Positions 22,583 to 31,943 of a stretch of 64,000 nt of DNA are shown here, in pieces. Made by a program: the position numbers and the translations under genes. The notes under the pieces were generated by a model. That model saw only the letters and a program-made list of their open reading frames with translations. It had not been told where the DNA came from and made no database searches. Within the stretch, counting starts at the first letter, position 1. Each line of letters begins with the position of its first letter. Origin of the DNA: Nitrospinota bacterium (GTDB lineage Bacteria; Nitrospinota_A; UBA7883); NCBI GenBank assembly GCA_029881335.1, contig JAOUMU010000002.1, positions 1-64,000 on the forward strand, given 5' to 3'.

Positions 22583-23026
22583 ATGAGCAACGCCCCATTC
22601 CTGCAACAGGTCAGGGCTCTGGCCGTTGGATTATGCCTTGCGCTAATGGCCCTTTCCGCCGGACAAATGCTGGTGGATCATCATGCCATTATGCAAAGAG
22701 TTTTCAGTTCGGCATCTGGTGAAAATAGCATTGATCCGGTGATGGTCAAGGGGCGAAGGCTTCTGCCGGTGCTGCCGGTTTCCGCAGATGAGCCGGTAGG
22801 TTATGTCACGGATTTCGAGGAGCCAGGATTCCGAAAACAGGAAAATTTTTATATAGCTCGATACATGGCTCTGCCGATTATCCTGAAAATGTTCAAGCCT
22901 GGGCAGCGCCTGGTTGTGGCGGATATGCGCTCGGCAAATGGTGTGGAGATATTCTGCCAAACATGGGGCTACAAGGCGATTAAAGCGGAAGAAAGCGGCG
23001 CCACTCTGCTGGAAAAGGTTCCCTGA
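22583..23026 (+). CDS. hypothetical N-terminally TM-anchored small protein (module copy 2, A2)
   Basis: The start is set at the ATG at 22583, just after the B1 stop at 22578. The ORF-track start at 22523 overlaps B1. Confidence 0.6.
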   Translation: MSNAPFLQQVRALAVGLCLALMALSAGQMLVDHHAIMQRVFSSASGENSIDPVMVKGRRLLPVLPVSADEPVGYVTDFEEPGFRKQENFYIARYMALPIILKMFKPGQRLVVADMRSANGVEIFCQTWGYKAIKAEESGATLLEKVP

Positions 23027-23028
23027 CT

Positions 23029-24519
23029 ATGACGAGTCTGTATATAGCGCCCGGATTCATGGTTTCGGCGTTGATCGGGTTTTTTCTTGTAAGCCTGCTA
23101 CTGACATCCAGGGAGGGAGAAATGTCCTTGATAATCAGGCTATCCATGGGCTGGGGTGTCGGGACGGGCCTCTTGTCCATCCTCTTTTTTTTCTGGATGA
23201 CCATTTTCCAATCAAGCAGCCTTTTGCCCATGGTTGAGGCAGCGGTCACATTAGCCCTCGGTATATTTTATTTCAGATCCAGGGGCAAGTGGGCGCCCCT
23301 GCCGGGAGCCCATTCTCCAGCTACACAGGAAAGCAGGGCCATCACCCTCTTCGCCGGTGTGGTGTCGCTTTTTCTTTTGGCCTCCGCGGTTTATGTATTT
23401 CTGGTCAATTTGGCTATACTGCCCCATGGAAGATGGGACGCATGGATGATCTGGAGCCTGCGTGCAAAAGCCCTGAGCTATTTCCACGACGACTGGAGGA
23501 TGGCATTCGACCCTTCATATGGCTGGACCCACGCGGGATATCCGCTCTTGCTGCCAGCGTCCATGGCCAGAGTGGCGATCCACTACAACCTATCCGGTTG
23601 TCTTCCCATGAAAGTGTTCGAGCCCATTATTCCAGCCATTACTTCGTTTTTGTTCACCTTTTCGGTTCCGGCTCTGGTTTTCTCTTTTATTTTCCATTTG
23701 CGAGGGGCGGCCCTGGCCCTGGCCGCAAGCGCTATGCTGCTATCTGCGCAGATGATCTGCTTGCAGGGCTCCTCACTATATGCCGATCTGCCTTTGGCGT
23801 TTTACATGCTGGCGGCCGTGGGGCTGGCGGCAATCGCCATGGAGGGGAAAAAGGAGAATGGGAGGACATGGGCGCTGGCGGGTTTCTGCGCTGGCCTTGC
23901 CGCATGGACCAAAAACGAGGGGATGCTATTTGTGTTGGCGCTTATATGGGCCGTGGTGTGCGCATCTTGGCTCAAGGGTGGTTTTCGGCGAGCCTTGCCA
24001 AGGCTGGGGATGTTGGCCTTGGGATTGGCCCCGCCAGTGTTTACCATCATTGCCTTTAAAATTGCCATACCCGCCCATAATTACCTGATATCCGCCAACA
24101 CTGTGGAAATGATTTTGGCCAAGGCTCTTGATCCGGATCGATACCTCTTTATACTTTTCGGCATGGTATACGAAATATTTCACTATGGCGGAGTAATTTT
24201 TGCCGGATACACATTACCTGCGCCGGCCCTGGCCCTGATGTTTCTGGCCGCATGGGGAACCAGGGAAAGAGCCTTGCGTCAGGAGCCGGTCATGATGATC
24301 ATGCTCTCCCTGACGGCAATGCTGATCGGATACACTGCGGTTTACATCATCACGCCCATGGGGCTTCAATATCAGTTCACCACATCCGTGGCGCGGTTGA
24401 TCACCCAGGTGTGGCCGATTTTTGTTATGCTGGTGACACTAGCCGCCCGGCATGGGGATGGAGAGGGTAGCGCCGCGGCTTTTACCGAACTGGCCGACAA
24501 TGGAGGCGAAGATGGCTGA
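23029..24519 (+). CDS. polytopic membrane protein, GT-C-fold glycosyltransferase-like (module copy 2, B2)
   Basis: 496 aa, co-linear with B1 over its full length. Confidence 0.6.
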   Translation: MTSLYIAPGFMVSALIGFFLVSLLLTSREGEMSLIIRLSMGWGVGTGLLSILFFFWMTIFQSSSLLPMVEAAVTLALGIFYFRSRGKWAPLPGAHSPATQESRAITLFAGVVSLFLLASAVYVFLVNLAILPHGRWDAWMIWSLRAKALSYFHDDWRMAFDPSYGWTHAGYPLLLPASMARVAIHYNLSGCLPMKVFEPIIPAITSFLFTFSVPALVFSFIFHLRGAALALAASAMLLSAQMICLQGSSLYADLPLAFYMLAAVGLAAIAMEGKKENGRTWALAGFCAGLAAWTKNEGMLFVLALIWAVVCASWLKGGFRRALPRLGMLALGLAPPVFTIIAFKIAIPAHNYLISANTVEMILAKALDPDRYLFILFGMVYEIFHYGGVIFAGYTLPAPALALMFLAAWGTRERALRQEPVMMIMLSLTAMLIGYTAVYIITPMGLQYQFTTSVARLITQVWPIFVMLVTLAARHGDGEGSAAAFTELADNGGEDG

Positions 24520-25315
24520 TATATTTGAAAACAGGGTTCTGGGCAGAACCGGTTTTAATGTACACCCTCTGGGCGTGGGCGCAAGCTATGGAGTGGGAGC
24601 CCAGGGAATCCGGGAGGCTTTCGACCGGGGAGTGAACTACTTTTACTGGGCGTGGCGCCGCAGAGGCGGAATGGCCGATGGAATACGTGAAATCGCCAAA
24701 TCCGACCGGGAGAAGGTCTTCATTGTAGTCACCAGCCTGGCGCCCAGCGAGTTCATGATCAGACGAAGCGTTGAAGGAGCCCTGCGCGCACTGGGAACCG
24801 ACTACCTTGACGGACTTCAGTTCTATGTCCGCAAGGACCACCCTCCCTCCATGGGGTGGTGGATGGACGCGGCGCTGAAGCTGAAAGAAGAGGGAAAAAT
24901 CCGCCATATCTGCTCCACTGGCCACCACCGACCAAACTTCGCCAAATTCCACAGCGAGCCCTTCATGGATATCTTCCATGTGCGATACAACGCTGTTCAC
25001 CGTGGAGCGGAGACAGAAGTGTTCCCCCAACTGCCGGAAAAGGGAAGCCCGGCCCGGCCAGGTGTGGTGGCATTCACCGTCACCTGCTGGAGAAAGCTCA
25101 TCAACGCATCGCCGAACAGGATCGGCGGGCTGCCAGTCCCCACCGCCGGAGATTGCTACCGCTTCGCCATGACCAACCGGAACATAGACGTCACCATCTG
25201 CGGTCCCGCTGACGAGGAGCAGATGCGCCACGCCCTGGACGCAGTGGAGAAAGGGCCTATGACGGAAGATGAGATGGAATGGATGCGAAAGGTGGGCGCT
25301 CTTCTGTATGGATAA
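24512..25315 (+). CDS. aldo/keto reductase family oxidoreductase
   Basis: The start is placed at MADIFENRVLGRTGFNVHPLGVGASYG (ATG 24512, overlapping the B2 stop). This is the AKR N-terminal signature. Confidence 0.8.
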   Translation: MADIFENRVLGRTGFNVHPLGVGASYGVGAQGIREAFDRGVNYFYWAWRRRGGMADGIREIAKSDREKVFIVVTSLAPSEFMIRRSVEGALRALGTDYLDGLQFYVRKDHPPSMGWWMDAALKLKEEGKIRHICSTGHHRPNFAKFHSEPFMDIFHVRYNAVHRGAETEVFPQLPEKGSPARPGVVAFTVTCWRKLINASPNRIGGLPVPTAGDCYRFAMTNRNIDVTICGPADEEQMRHALDAVEKGPMTEDEMEWMRKVGALLYG

Positions 25316-25439
25316 CAGTGCGATGGCCGCCTTCAGCTTGTGCGAGCACATCTGGTCCATGGCCATCCATAGGGCCTTTAAGTGGATTATGACGGCCTGG
25401 TCGTAAACCGGCTTGGGGCCTGGCTTGCGGGCTGGAGCC

Positions 25440-25598
25440 CTCTTCCTTCCTGGCGTTGAGGATCCGGACGGCGTATTTGCGGTCGCAGCCGCAAACGGCG
25501 CAGAATTCGGAGAGGATGGCGCCTTTTTCCTTGCGTCCGGCTTTGCGGTATCGGACCCTGATCTTGGCAAGGCATTCTTTTCGCGAGTTTTTCCCCAT
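25440..25598 (-). pseudogene. remnant of an IS transposase N-terminal HTH domain (about 50 codons, no catalytic domain)
   Basis: MGKNSRKECLAKIRVRYRKAGRKEKGAILSEFCAVCGCDRKYAVRIL matches the conserved N-terminus (..R.RY..A.KKEK..ILDEF...TGYHRKYAIRLL) of a widespread transposase family. The remainder of the reading frame is antisense to the AKR gene. Confidence 0.5.
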
Positions 25599-25764
25599 AT
25601 TCCACGCTCCTTTCGGTTACATGAAACATGAGGCGCCGAATCATTTTCGCCCCTTACTTCGGTTACATTTAATTTGAGGCAATTCGGCAGATCGCTATTG
25701 CGTTTGGTTTTTGGAAGACAGAATGTATAATCTAAAGTCCGTTGCGCATAAAATTGCGAACGTG

Positions 25765-25840
25765 GCCCCCGTAGCTCAGGGGATAGAGCGCCGGATTCCT
25801 AATCCGTAGGTCGCAGGTTCAAATCCTGCCGGGGGTACCA
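25765..25840 (+). tRNA. tRNA-Arg (anticodon CCT) with encoded CCA
   Basis: Manual cloverleaf. Acceptor GCCCCCG / CGGGGGT (G1·U72). D-arm GCTC-AGGGGATA-GAGC. Anticodon arm CCGGA-TTCCTAA-TCCGT (U33, anticodon CCT, A37). T-arm GCAGG-TTCAAAT-CCTGC. Discriminator A73, then CCA. Confidence 0.8.
25795..25838 (+). repeat. attL: 44-bp core identical to 45277..45320 (anticodon loop to acceptor 3' end of tRNA-Arg)
   Basis: The exact 44/44 match ATTCCTAATCCGTAGGTCGCAGGTTCAAATCCTGCCGGGGGTAC was read directly. Confidence 0.9.
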
Positions 25841-26068
25841 TTAAATCAATGGGTTATCGGGTATAGCAAAAACCGGGTTATGGCCTAGTAAGCACCTGGT
25901 AAGCAGTACGTGGCAATTTCAAGCGTAAATTCAGATAAATTTCCATAGCCCTTTATATATCTAAACCGCCACTTTTGCCCTCCACCACGTCCATTGAAAC
26001 AATTTTTTTCCCCACCAGATCAAAAAAATTCCCGGCTCAAATATGGCCGGGAAGGGTATTTTTAAAGT

Positions 26069-26500
26069 TTAATCATCACCGTTATATCCCCAGACTTGAC
26101 GCCTTATTTGGTTCAATTCTTCCGGCGTTATTGTCCCAAGCTCAGGCTTTACCGGCTCAAGCTTTGTCGGCGCGTCCAGGCCGAGCAACTTGGCTTGACG
26201 CTCCATGGCCTTTAACATCAGACTGGCGGCCTTCCAATCCCCTTCCTTGGCTTTCTTGTAGCTTATGCCGATAATGGACTCCAGACGCAGAAGGGCGATA
26301 TCCCGCTCCATGATCGCTGTTTCATGGGTATCCGCGCGAATTGCCTCCAGCTCGCTTTTAATGTACTTGTGGACCATCACGGCGGAAACACCCAGCCGCT
26401 GGCCAATTTTCGCCAAGGTCAGCCCCTCCTTGCGAAGCTGGACCGCTTCCCTTTTCCGCTCCAGGGATATTACCTGCGTCTTACCTGTAATTTTTTTCAT
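26069..26500 (-). CDS. HTH DNA-binding protein (phage-type regulator or terminase-small-subunit-like)
   Basis: 143 aa. The LTLAKIGQRLGVSAVMVHKYIK helix-turn-helix is followed by a coiled-coil region. Confidence 0.5.
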   Translation of the reverse strand: MKKITGKTQVISLERKREAVQLRKEGLTLAKIGQRLGVSAVMVHKYIKSELEAIRADTHETAIMERDIALLRLESIIGISYKKAKEGDWKAASLMLKAMERQAKLLGLDAPTKLEPVKPELGTITPEELNQIRRQVWGYNGDD

Positions 26501-26790
26501 TTTTAACCTCTATGGTTAACCTATTATAACATATTTCATGTAGAATATGCTTAATTTGCTTAGGTTTTCTATTTGCCTTCCGTTTACCCTCGCTTAAAGT
26601 GTTCTATGGCTCCGAAAACCCGCCTGCAAGGCACGCTTCGCTCTGAAGGCCTTGAGGGCGGAACTTCTCCGCCATCTACGAACACTGCGAGGGACGAGAC
26701 GGAAACAGGTTAAATCAATATCCTTGTTAAAAATAGGTATTTAGAATATCCTTTCTTAGGGTGAGCGCTAAAGAAAGGATCGTTGCGTAA

Positions 26791-27966
26791 TTGAAAACCT
26801 TAAGAAAGGGAAAAAGAACCGGAGAGTTTGTTCTCAACGCCGTTGGTGGTGAACAGGTTCGCGCCTATCTGCCGCCACCACTGCCGCCAGAACCATCGCT
26901 CAATCTGGAAAAACTCTATGGTCTGATGGAAGACGCCAACAGGTCATTAGGACGGCTTGACGGCATCGCCTCAATCCTGCCGGACACTCCGTTATTCCTC
27001 TACATGTATGTCCGCAAGGAAGCGCTGCTTTCTTCCCAGATCGAAGGAACACAATCGTCCTTGTCTGACCTCTTGCTTTTTGAAAGCGATGAGGCTCCCG
27101 GAGCGCCGCTCGATGACGTCCAGGAAGTCTCCAATTACGTCGCCGCCATGAATTACGGGCTGGAGCGATTACGCGGCGGGTTTCCGTTATCGCTTCGGTT
27201 GATAAAAGAAATCCATGGAATCCTGCTTGCGATGGGGAGGGGGGCGACCAAGCAACCTGGTGAATTCCGGAGAAGTCAAAACTGGATCGGTGGCACACGT
27301 CCGGGCAATGCAATCTATGTTCCGCCGCCGCCCGACAAGGTGCTCGGTTGCATGGGTGAACTCGAAAAATTTATCTATGAGGAAGAGTCAAAGCTTCCAA
27401 CGCTAATCAAGGCGGCCCTGATCCATGTACAGTTTGAAAGCATTCACCCCTTCCTGGATGGTAACGGACGTTTGGGCCGGTTGCTCATCACTTTCCTTTT
27501 GTGCGCGGAAGGGGTTTTAAGCGAACCGATTCTTTATCTCAGTCTCTTTTTTAAAACGCATCGTCGCCGGTATTACGATCTTCTGCAAGACGTGCGTGAA
27601 GAAGGCGACTGGGAAGGGTGGCTGGAATTCTTTCTAACCGGCGTGAAAGAAACATCAGATCAGGCGGCGGAAGCGGCCCGCCGAATTCTTGCCGTTTTCG
27701 AGCGGGATCGGCGCAAGATCGAGGACCTTGGCCGACCAACCGCATCCGCGCTCAGAGTGCATCAATATCTGCAATCAAAACCGATTCTGTCTGTACCTGT
27801 CGCGACCAAGGCACTGGGCCTGACCGCTCCTACGGTCAGGAAATCCGTTGAGCATCTTCTGGAGCTGGGAGTCATGCGAGAGATCACCGGAAAAAAACGA
27901 GGCAAGTTATTCGTCTACGACGATTATCTCAACCTCCTCAATGAAGGAACGGAGCCGTTGCGATAA
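26791..27966 (+). CDS. Fic/DOC family protein (AMPylase-type fold) with a C-terminal winged-helix domain
   Basis: 391 aa with the canonical Fic motif HPFLDGNGRLGRLL. Its stop overlaps the SNF2 gene start (TAATG). Confidence 0.9.
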   Translation: MKTLRKGKRTGEFVLNAVGGEQVRAYLPPPLPPEPSLNLEKLYGLMEDANRSLGRLDGIASILPDTPLFLYMYVRKEALLSSQIEGTQSSLSDLLLFESDEAPGAPLDDVQEVSNYVAAMNYGLERLRGGFPLSLRLIKEIHGILLAMGRGATKQPGEFRRSQNWIGGTRPGNAIYVPPPPDKVLGCMGELEKFIYEEESKLPTLIKAALIHVQFESIHPFLDGNGRLGRLLITFLLCAEGVLSEPILYLSLFFKTHRRRYYDLLQDVREEGDWEGWLEFFLTGVKETSDQAAEAARRILAVFERDRRKIEDLGRPTASALRVHQYLQSKPILSVPVATKALGLTAPTVRKSVEHLLELGVMREITGKKRGKLFVYDDYLNLLNEGTEPLR

Positions 27967-30900
27967 TGCTACTCGATAACAAAAAGAACGGAAAGGTGGG
28001 TGACAAACTACGAACTCACTTAGCCAATGGCTCAAAGCTATCAATCATATCCGGTCTGTTTTCGATCTACGGTTTTGAATCTCTGAAAAAGGAACTGCAA
28101 AATATAGACGCTTTACGCCTTGTCTTGTCACAAAATCCAATAAACAGTAATTTGCAGGAAGCGGGAATTGCCTCCCTATCCGGAGACAGGTTTGAGCTAC
28201 GGTTCAAGAACCAGCTCAATCAGGCACAAGTTGCTAAAGAATGCGCTTCCTGGCTTAAAGAAAAAGCTGAAATACGTATAGCAACAAACCCCATGGCCAT
28301 AAGCCAAAATCTCTTTCACGTTCAAGAGGGGAATGGGGAAGCAATAGCCATTCAAGGCAGTTCCGAGTTCACCAGCACCGGTTTTGGATACACGGAAACT
28401 GACCGGTACCACATGAATACCTGCTCAACGGGCAAGGCAAGTACGATAGCAATGCTGGAGTGGTTTGAAGCCATCTGGGATGATCCATCGGCTGTTCAGG
28501 ATGCAAAGGAGCTACTTTTACGTCAGCTTTCCAACCTGACAAAGGATCATTCTCCTGAATTTATCTACTTTCTTACCCTCTACAACCTGTTTAAGGACTT
28601 CATCGAAGACATTGACGAAGACAACATTATCAAGGCCAAAACGGGATTCAAGGAAACCATCGTTTGGAAAAAGCTCTATAAATTTCAGCGCGACGGAGTC
28701 CTGGGTGCAATAGACAAAATCGAAAAATACAATGGTTGCATTATCGCAGACAGCGTGGGCTTGGGTAAAACTTTCGAGGCGTTGGCCGTTATCAAATATT
28801 ACGAGTTACGCAATGATCGCGTGCTTGTGCTATGCCCCAAAAAGCTAAGGGATAATTGGACGGTCTATACAGTAAACGACAAACGTAATCTGCTCGCCAA
28901 GGATCGGTTCAACTACGACGTTCTCAACCATACTGACCTGACCCGCCTGCAAGGCCGCTCTGGCGAAATCAATCTCGAAACCCTGAACTGGGGTAACTAC
29001 GATCTGGTTGTGATTGATGAGTCTCATAATTTCCGCAACAGCAGCTCATCAAGGGAAGGTCTTACCCGTTATTCCCGCCTGATGAATGAAATTATCCTAT
29101 CTGGCGTTAAAACCAAAGTCCTTATGCTTTCAGCCACTCCTGTTAATAGCCGAATGAACGACCTGAAGAATCAGGTCGCTTTTATTGCTGAAGGACTAGA
29201 TTTTGCCTACAGCGACTTCGGCATTGTAAGTATTGAGCAGACCTTGAAGAAAGCGCAAACCCGGTTTAATCAATGGCTCAAGCTGGACGATGAAAGCCGG
29301 TCGGTCGAAGGATTGCTTGACAGTATGAACTTCGATTACTTTAAGCTTCTGGACATTTTGACAATTGCCCGGTCGCGCAAGCACATTGAAAAATATTACG
29401 ACATAGCGGAGGTAGGCGATTTTCCCGAACGTCTAAAACCGATAAACATTAAGGAAGATATCGATAAGGGAGGGAAGTTTCCGCCCTTGGAAGAGATCAA
29501 CCGGAAGATTCGAAAGCTAAATCTCAGCGCTTATTCCCCACTTAAATATGTGCGAACAGAAAAGCGAGAGGAGTATAACCGCAAATACGATATCGAAGTA
29601 AAAGGCGGATCAATCTTTCGACAGGTTCACCGAGAACAAAGTCTGATCCACCTTATGCGAGTGAACCTGCTCAAACGCATGGAAAGCTCGATAAATTCAT
29701 TCAGCCTCACTTTGGGAAAGCTTCAGGGAGAGGTGGATCGCCTGATGGAAAAACTTGAAAACCACAGTAGCGAAGACCTCGAGGAGCTGGGGATCGAGGA
29801 TATTGAAGTCGATGAACCTGAATTTGACCCCTTCCTTATTGGCAAAAAAGTAAAGGTGCTAATCAAGGATTTGGACGAAGTTCGTTGGAAACAGGACCTT
29901 GAGGATGACCATGACAAACTGACCGAACTGCTATCAGAAGCACGAGACATCGAGGCGAAGCGCGATGCCAAGCTATACCGGTTACGCGCAATGATCGAGA
30001 ATAAATGCCAAAATCCGATCAATGACGGCAACCGCAAGATCATCGTCTTTACAGCTTTTACCGATACCGCCAATTATCTCTATGAACATCTTGCCGAGTG
30101 GGCAAAGGAGACCTTGGGCGTGTATTCGGCTAAAATCACAGGAAGCGGCACCAACAAGACTACAATGCCAGGCATGGGGAGCAACTTCGATACTCTTCTC
30201 GCTTCCTTTTCTCCAATCTCGAAGGAGCGGAGCAAAATAGACGAAGGGGCAACTGATGAAATTGACCTCCTGATCGCCACGGATTGCATATCTGAAGGGC
30301 AAAACCTTCAGGATTGCGATTATCTGATCAATTACGATATACACTGGAATCCAGTCCGCATCATTCAACGCTTTGGCCGCATAGACCGTCTTGGCTCAAA
30401 GAATAAGGTTATCCAACTCGTCAACTTCTGGCCAAACATGGAGCTGGATGAATATATCAACCTGGAAGCGCGGGTAAGCGGCCGTATGGTTCTTCTCGAT
30501 ATTTCCGCAACTGGCGAGGAAAATGTAATCGAGCAGGACACCACTGGCAAGATGAACGATCTTGAGTATCGGAGGAAACAGCTTCATCAGCTCAAGGATA
30601 CTGTCATCGATCTGGAAGATATATCGGGTGGCGTTTCAATCACCGATCTTACCCTAAACGATTTCCGGATGGACCTGTCCGCATTCATGAAGGAGCACTT
30701 GGGCGAATTGGAGCAATCACCCACCGGGCTTTATGCGGCCACGACGCTAGATTCCGAACTGCAAAAGGAAGAGCTGGAACCTGGTGTGATCTTTTGCCTG
30801 AAAAACATTGGCAAGACGGTTGCAGAGGAGGAAGGCTACGCGCTTGCTCCCTATTACATGGTCTACATCACCGACGATGGCCAGGTGAAATACACCTTCA

Positions 30901-31184
30901 CCCAGTCAAAGAGGATTCTTGACGTTCTGAAAAAGCATGGCCATGGGCAAAAACAAGCAGATGCCAAGGCCATTGAGCGCATGAACAAACGAACCAGAAA
31001 CGGCAAAGATATGAGCCATTACCGTTCGCTTTTGGAAACCGCCGTCAGTAGTATCGTAGGCAAGTCAGAAGAGAAGGGCGTAGAAAGCCTGTTCAGTCGT
31101 GGGGGAACCAACCTGACCAAGGAGAGTTTTCAGGGGATGGAAGACTTCGAGGTCATCAGCTACATGATTGTGAATACGCCATGA
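27966..31184 (+). CDS. SNF2-family helicase/ATPase with an N-terminal degenerate PLD-like domain
   Basis: 1072 aa. SNF2 motifs are ADSVGLGKTFEA (I), DLVVIDESHNFRN (II) and C-terminal QRFGRIDRLGS (VI). The N-terminal 150 aa carry an HKD-like segment HVQEGNGEAIAIQGSSEFT, with HxK degraded to HxQ. Confidence 0.85.
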   Translation: MLLDNKKNGKVGDKLRTHLANGSKLSIISGLFSIYGFESLKKELQNIDALRLVLSQNPINSNLQEAGIASLSGDRFELRFKNQLNQAQVAKECASWLKEKAEIRIATNPMAISQNLFHVQEGNGEAIAIQGSSEFTSTGFGYTETDRYHMNTCSTGKASTIAMLEWFEAIWDDPSAVQDAKELLLRQLSNLTKDHSPEFIYFLTLYNLFKDFIEDIDEDNIIKAKTGFKETIVWKKLYKFQRDGVLGAIDKIEKYNGCIIADSVGLGKTFEALAVIKYYELRNDRVLVLCPKKLRDNWTVYTVNDKRNLLAKDRFNYDVLNHTDLTRLQGRSGEINLETLNWGNYDLVVIDESHNFRNSSSSREGLTRYSRLMNEIILSGVKTKVLMLSATPVNSRMNDLKNQVAFIAEGLDFAYSDFGIVSIEQTLKKAQTRFNQWLKLDDESRSVEGLLDSMNFDYFKLLDILTIARSRKHIEKYYDIAEVGDFPERLKPINIKEDIDKGGKFPPLEEINRKIRKLNLSAYSPLKYVRTEKREEYNRKYDIEVKGGSIFRQVHREQSLIHLMRVNLLKRMESSINSFSLTLGKLQGEVDRLMEKLENHSSEDLEELGIEDIEVDEPEFDPFLIGKKVKVLIKDLDEVRWKQDLEDDHDKLTELLSEARDIEAKRDAKLYRLRAMIENKCQNPINDGNRKIIVFTAFTDTANYLYEHLAEWAKETLGVYSAKITGSGTNKTTMPGMGSNFDTLLASFSPISKERSKIDEGATDEIDLLIATDCISEGQNLQDCDYLINYDIHWNPVRIIQRFGRIDRLGSKNKVIQLVNFWPNMELDEYINLEARVSGRMVLLDISATGEENVIEQDTTGKMNDLEYRRKQLHQLKDTVIDLEDISGGVSITDLTLNDFRMDLSAFMKEHLGELEQSPTGLYAATTLDSELQKEELEPGVIFCLKNIGKTVAEEEGYALAPYYMVYITDDGQVKYTFTQSKRILDVLKKHGHGQKQADAKAIERMNKRTRNGKDMSHYRSLLETAVSSIVGKSEEKGVESLFSRGGTNLTKESFQGMEDFEVISYMIVNTP

Positions 31185-31939
31185 CCACAGCTATCACCCT
31201 CGATCAGTTCTACCAGAATATGGCCCTGCCGGAAGCATGCGCCCTTGGAAAGCGAATATTCAAAAAGCAGTTTTACGACAACGGCCAGCTAAACGCCGCC
31301 GACAAGAAGGCGTTTGTCGAGGATATAGAAAGCATCGAATGGCGTTACACGCTAAAACCCTCAACGATCAATATCCCCAAGCACGAAGACGAAACCCATG
31401 AATATCTGGAAGTGGCCATTCTTCAGGTTCTGCTTTCGGCTATGGGGAAAAGCGCACGAATCGCAATGGCCATGCAGAAAGCCATTCCTTATCCGGTTCT
31501 GATTGTCTTCGTTTACGGCGGCCAGCTTTCGCTTAACGTGGCGGAAAAGCGAATCAACCGCGCCGACAGCAACAAGATCGTTGTTGAGACCGCACACGAT
31601 AGCGGATGGATATCCTTGCAGGAACCGGAACAATGGCAGACCGATTTCTTCAATGATTTTCAAGTCACTAATTATTCCTTTCGCAACTTCTTTGACTTCT
31701 ATAAAGATATGGTGAAGCGGATCATAGCCCTGAACTGCGCCTGTCATACCGGTCAATATTCGCTAGGTACAAGCGTTGATAGGGTGGAAGCTTTGCGGCA
31801 GATGGAAAAGTTACAGCAGGAACGGAACGAGACCAGCAACTTGCTCAAAAAAGAAAAGAACCTGGGAACACAGGTTCAACTGAACACACGGATCAAACAG
31901 ATTACGGATCGCATAGAAGCGATTAAGGGCGAATTATGA
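31181..31939 (+). CDS. hypothetical protein; recalled as a DUF4391-like family member habitually encoded between SNF2 helicase and type III methyltransferase genes
   Basis: 252 aa. It overlaps the SNF2 stop by 4 bp (ATGA) and ends 5 bp before mod. The family assignment is by recollection only. Confidence 0.5.
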   Translation: MTTAITLDQFYQNMALPEACALGKRIFKKQFYDNGQLNAADKKAFVEDIESIEWRYTLKPSTINIPKHEDETHEYLEVAILQVLLSAMGKSARIAMAMQKAIPYPVLIVFVYGGQLSLNVAEKRINRADSNKIVVETAHDSGWISLQEPEQWQTDFFNDFQVTNYSFRNFFDFYKDMVKRIIALNCACHTGQYSLGTSVDRVEALRQMEKLQQERNETSNLLKKEKNLGTQVQLNTRIKQITDRIEAIKGEL

Positions 31940-31943
31940 GGGG

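Noticed and set aside
24482-25570. 362-aa minus-strand ORF antisense to the aldo/keto reductase gene
   Set aside because: It overlaps a well-supported AKR gene. Only its upstream tip, in a different frame (25257..25598), shows transposase-like sequence.
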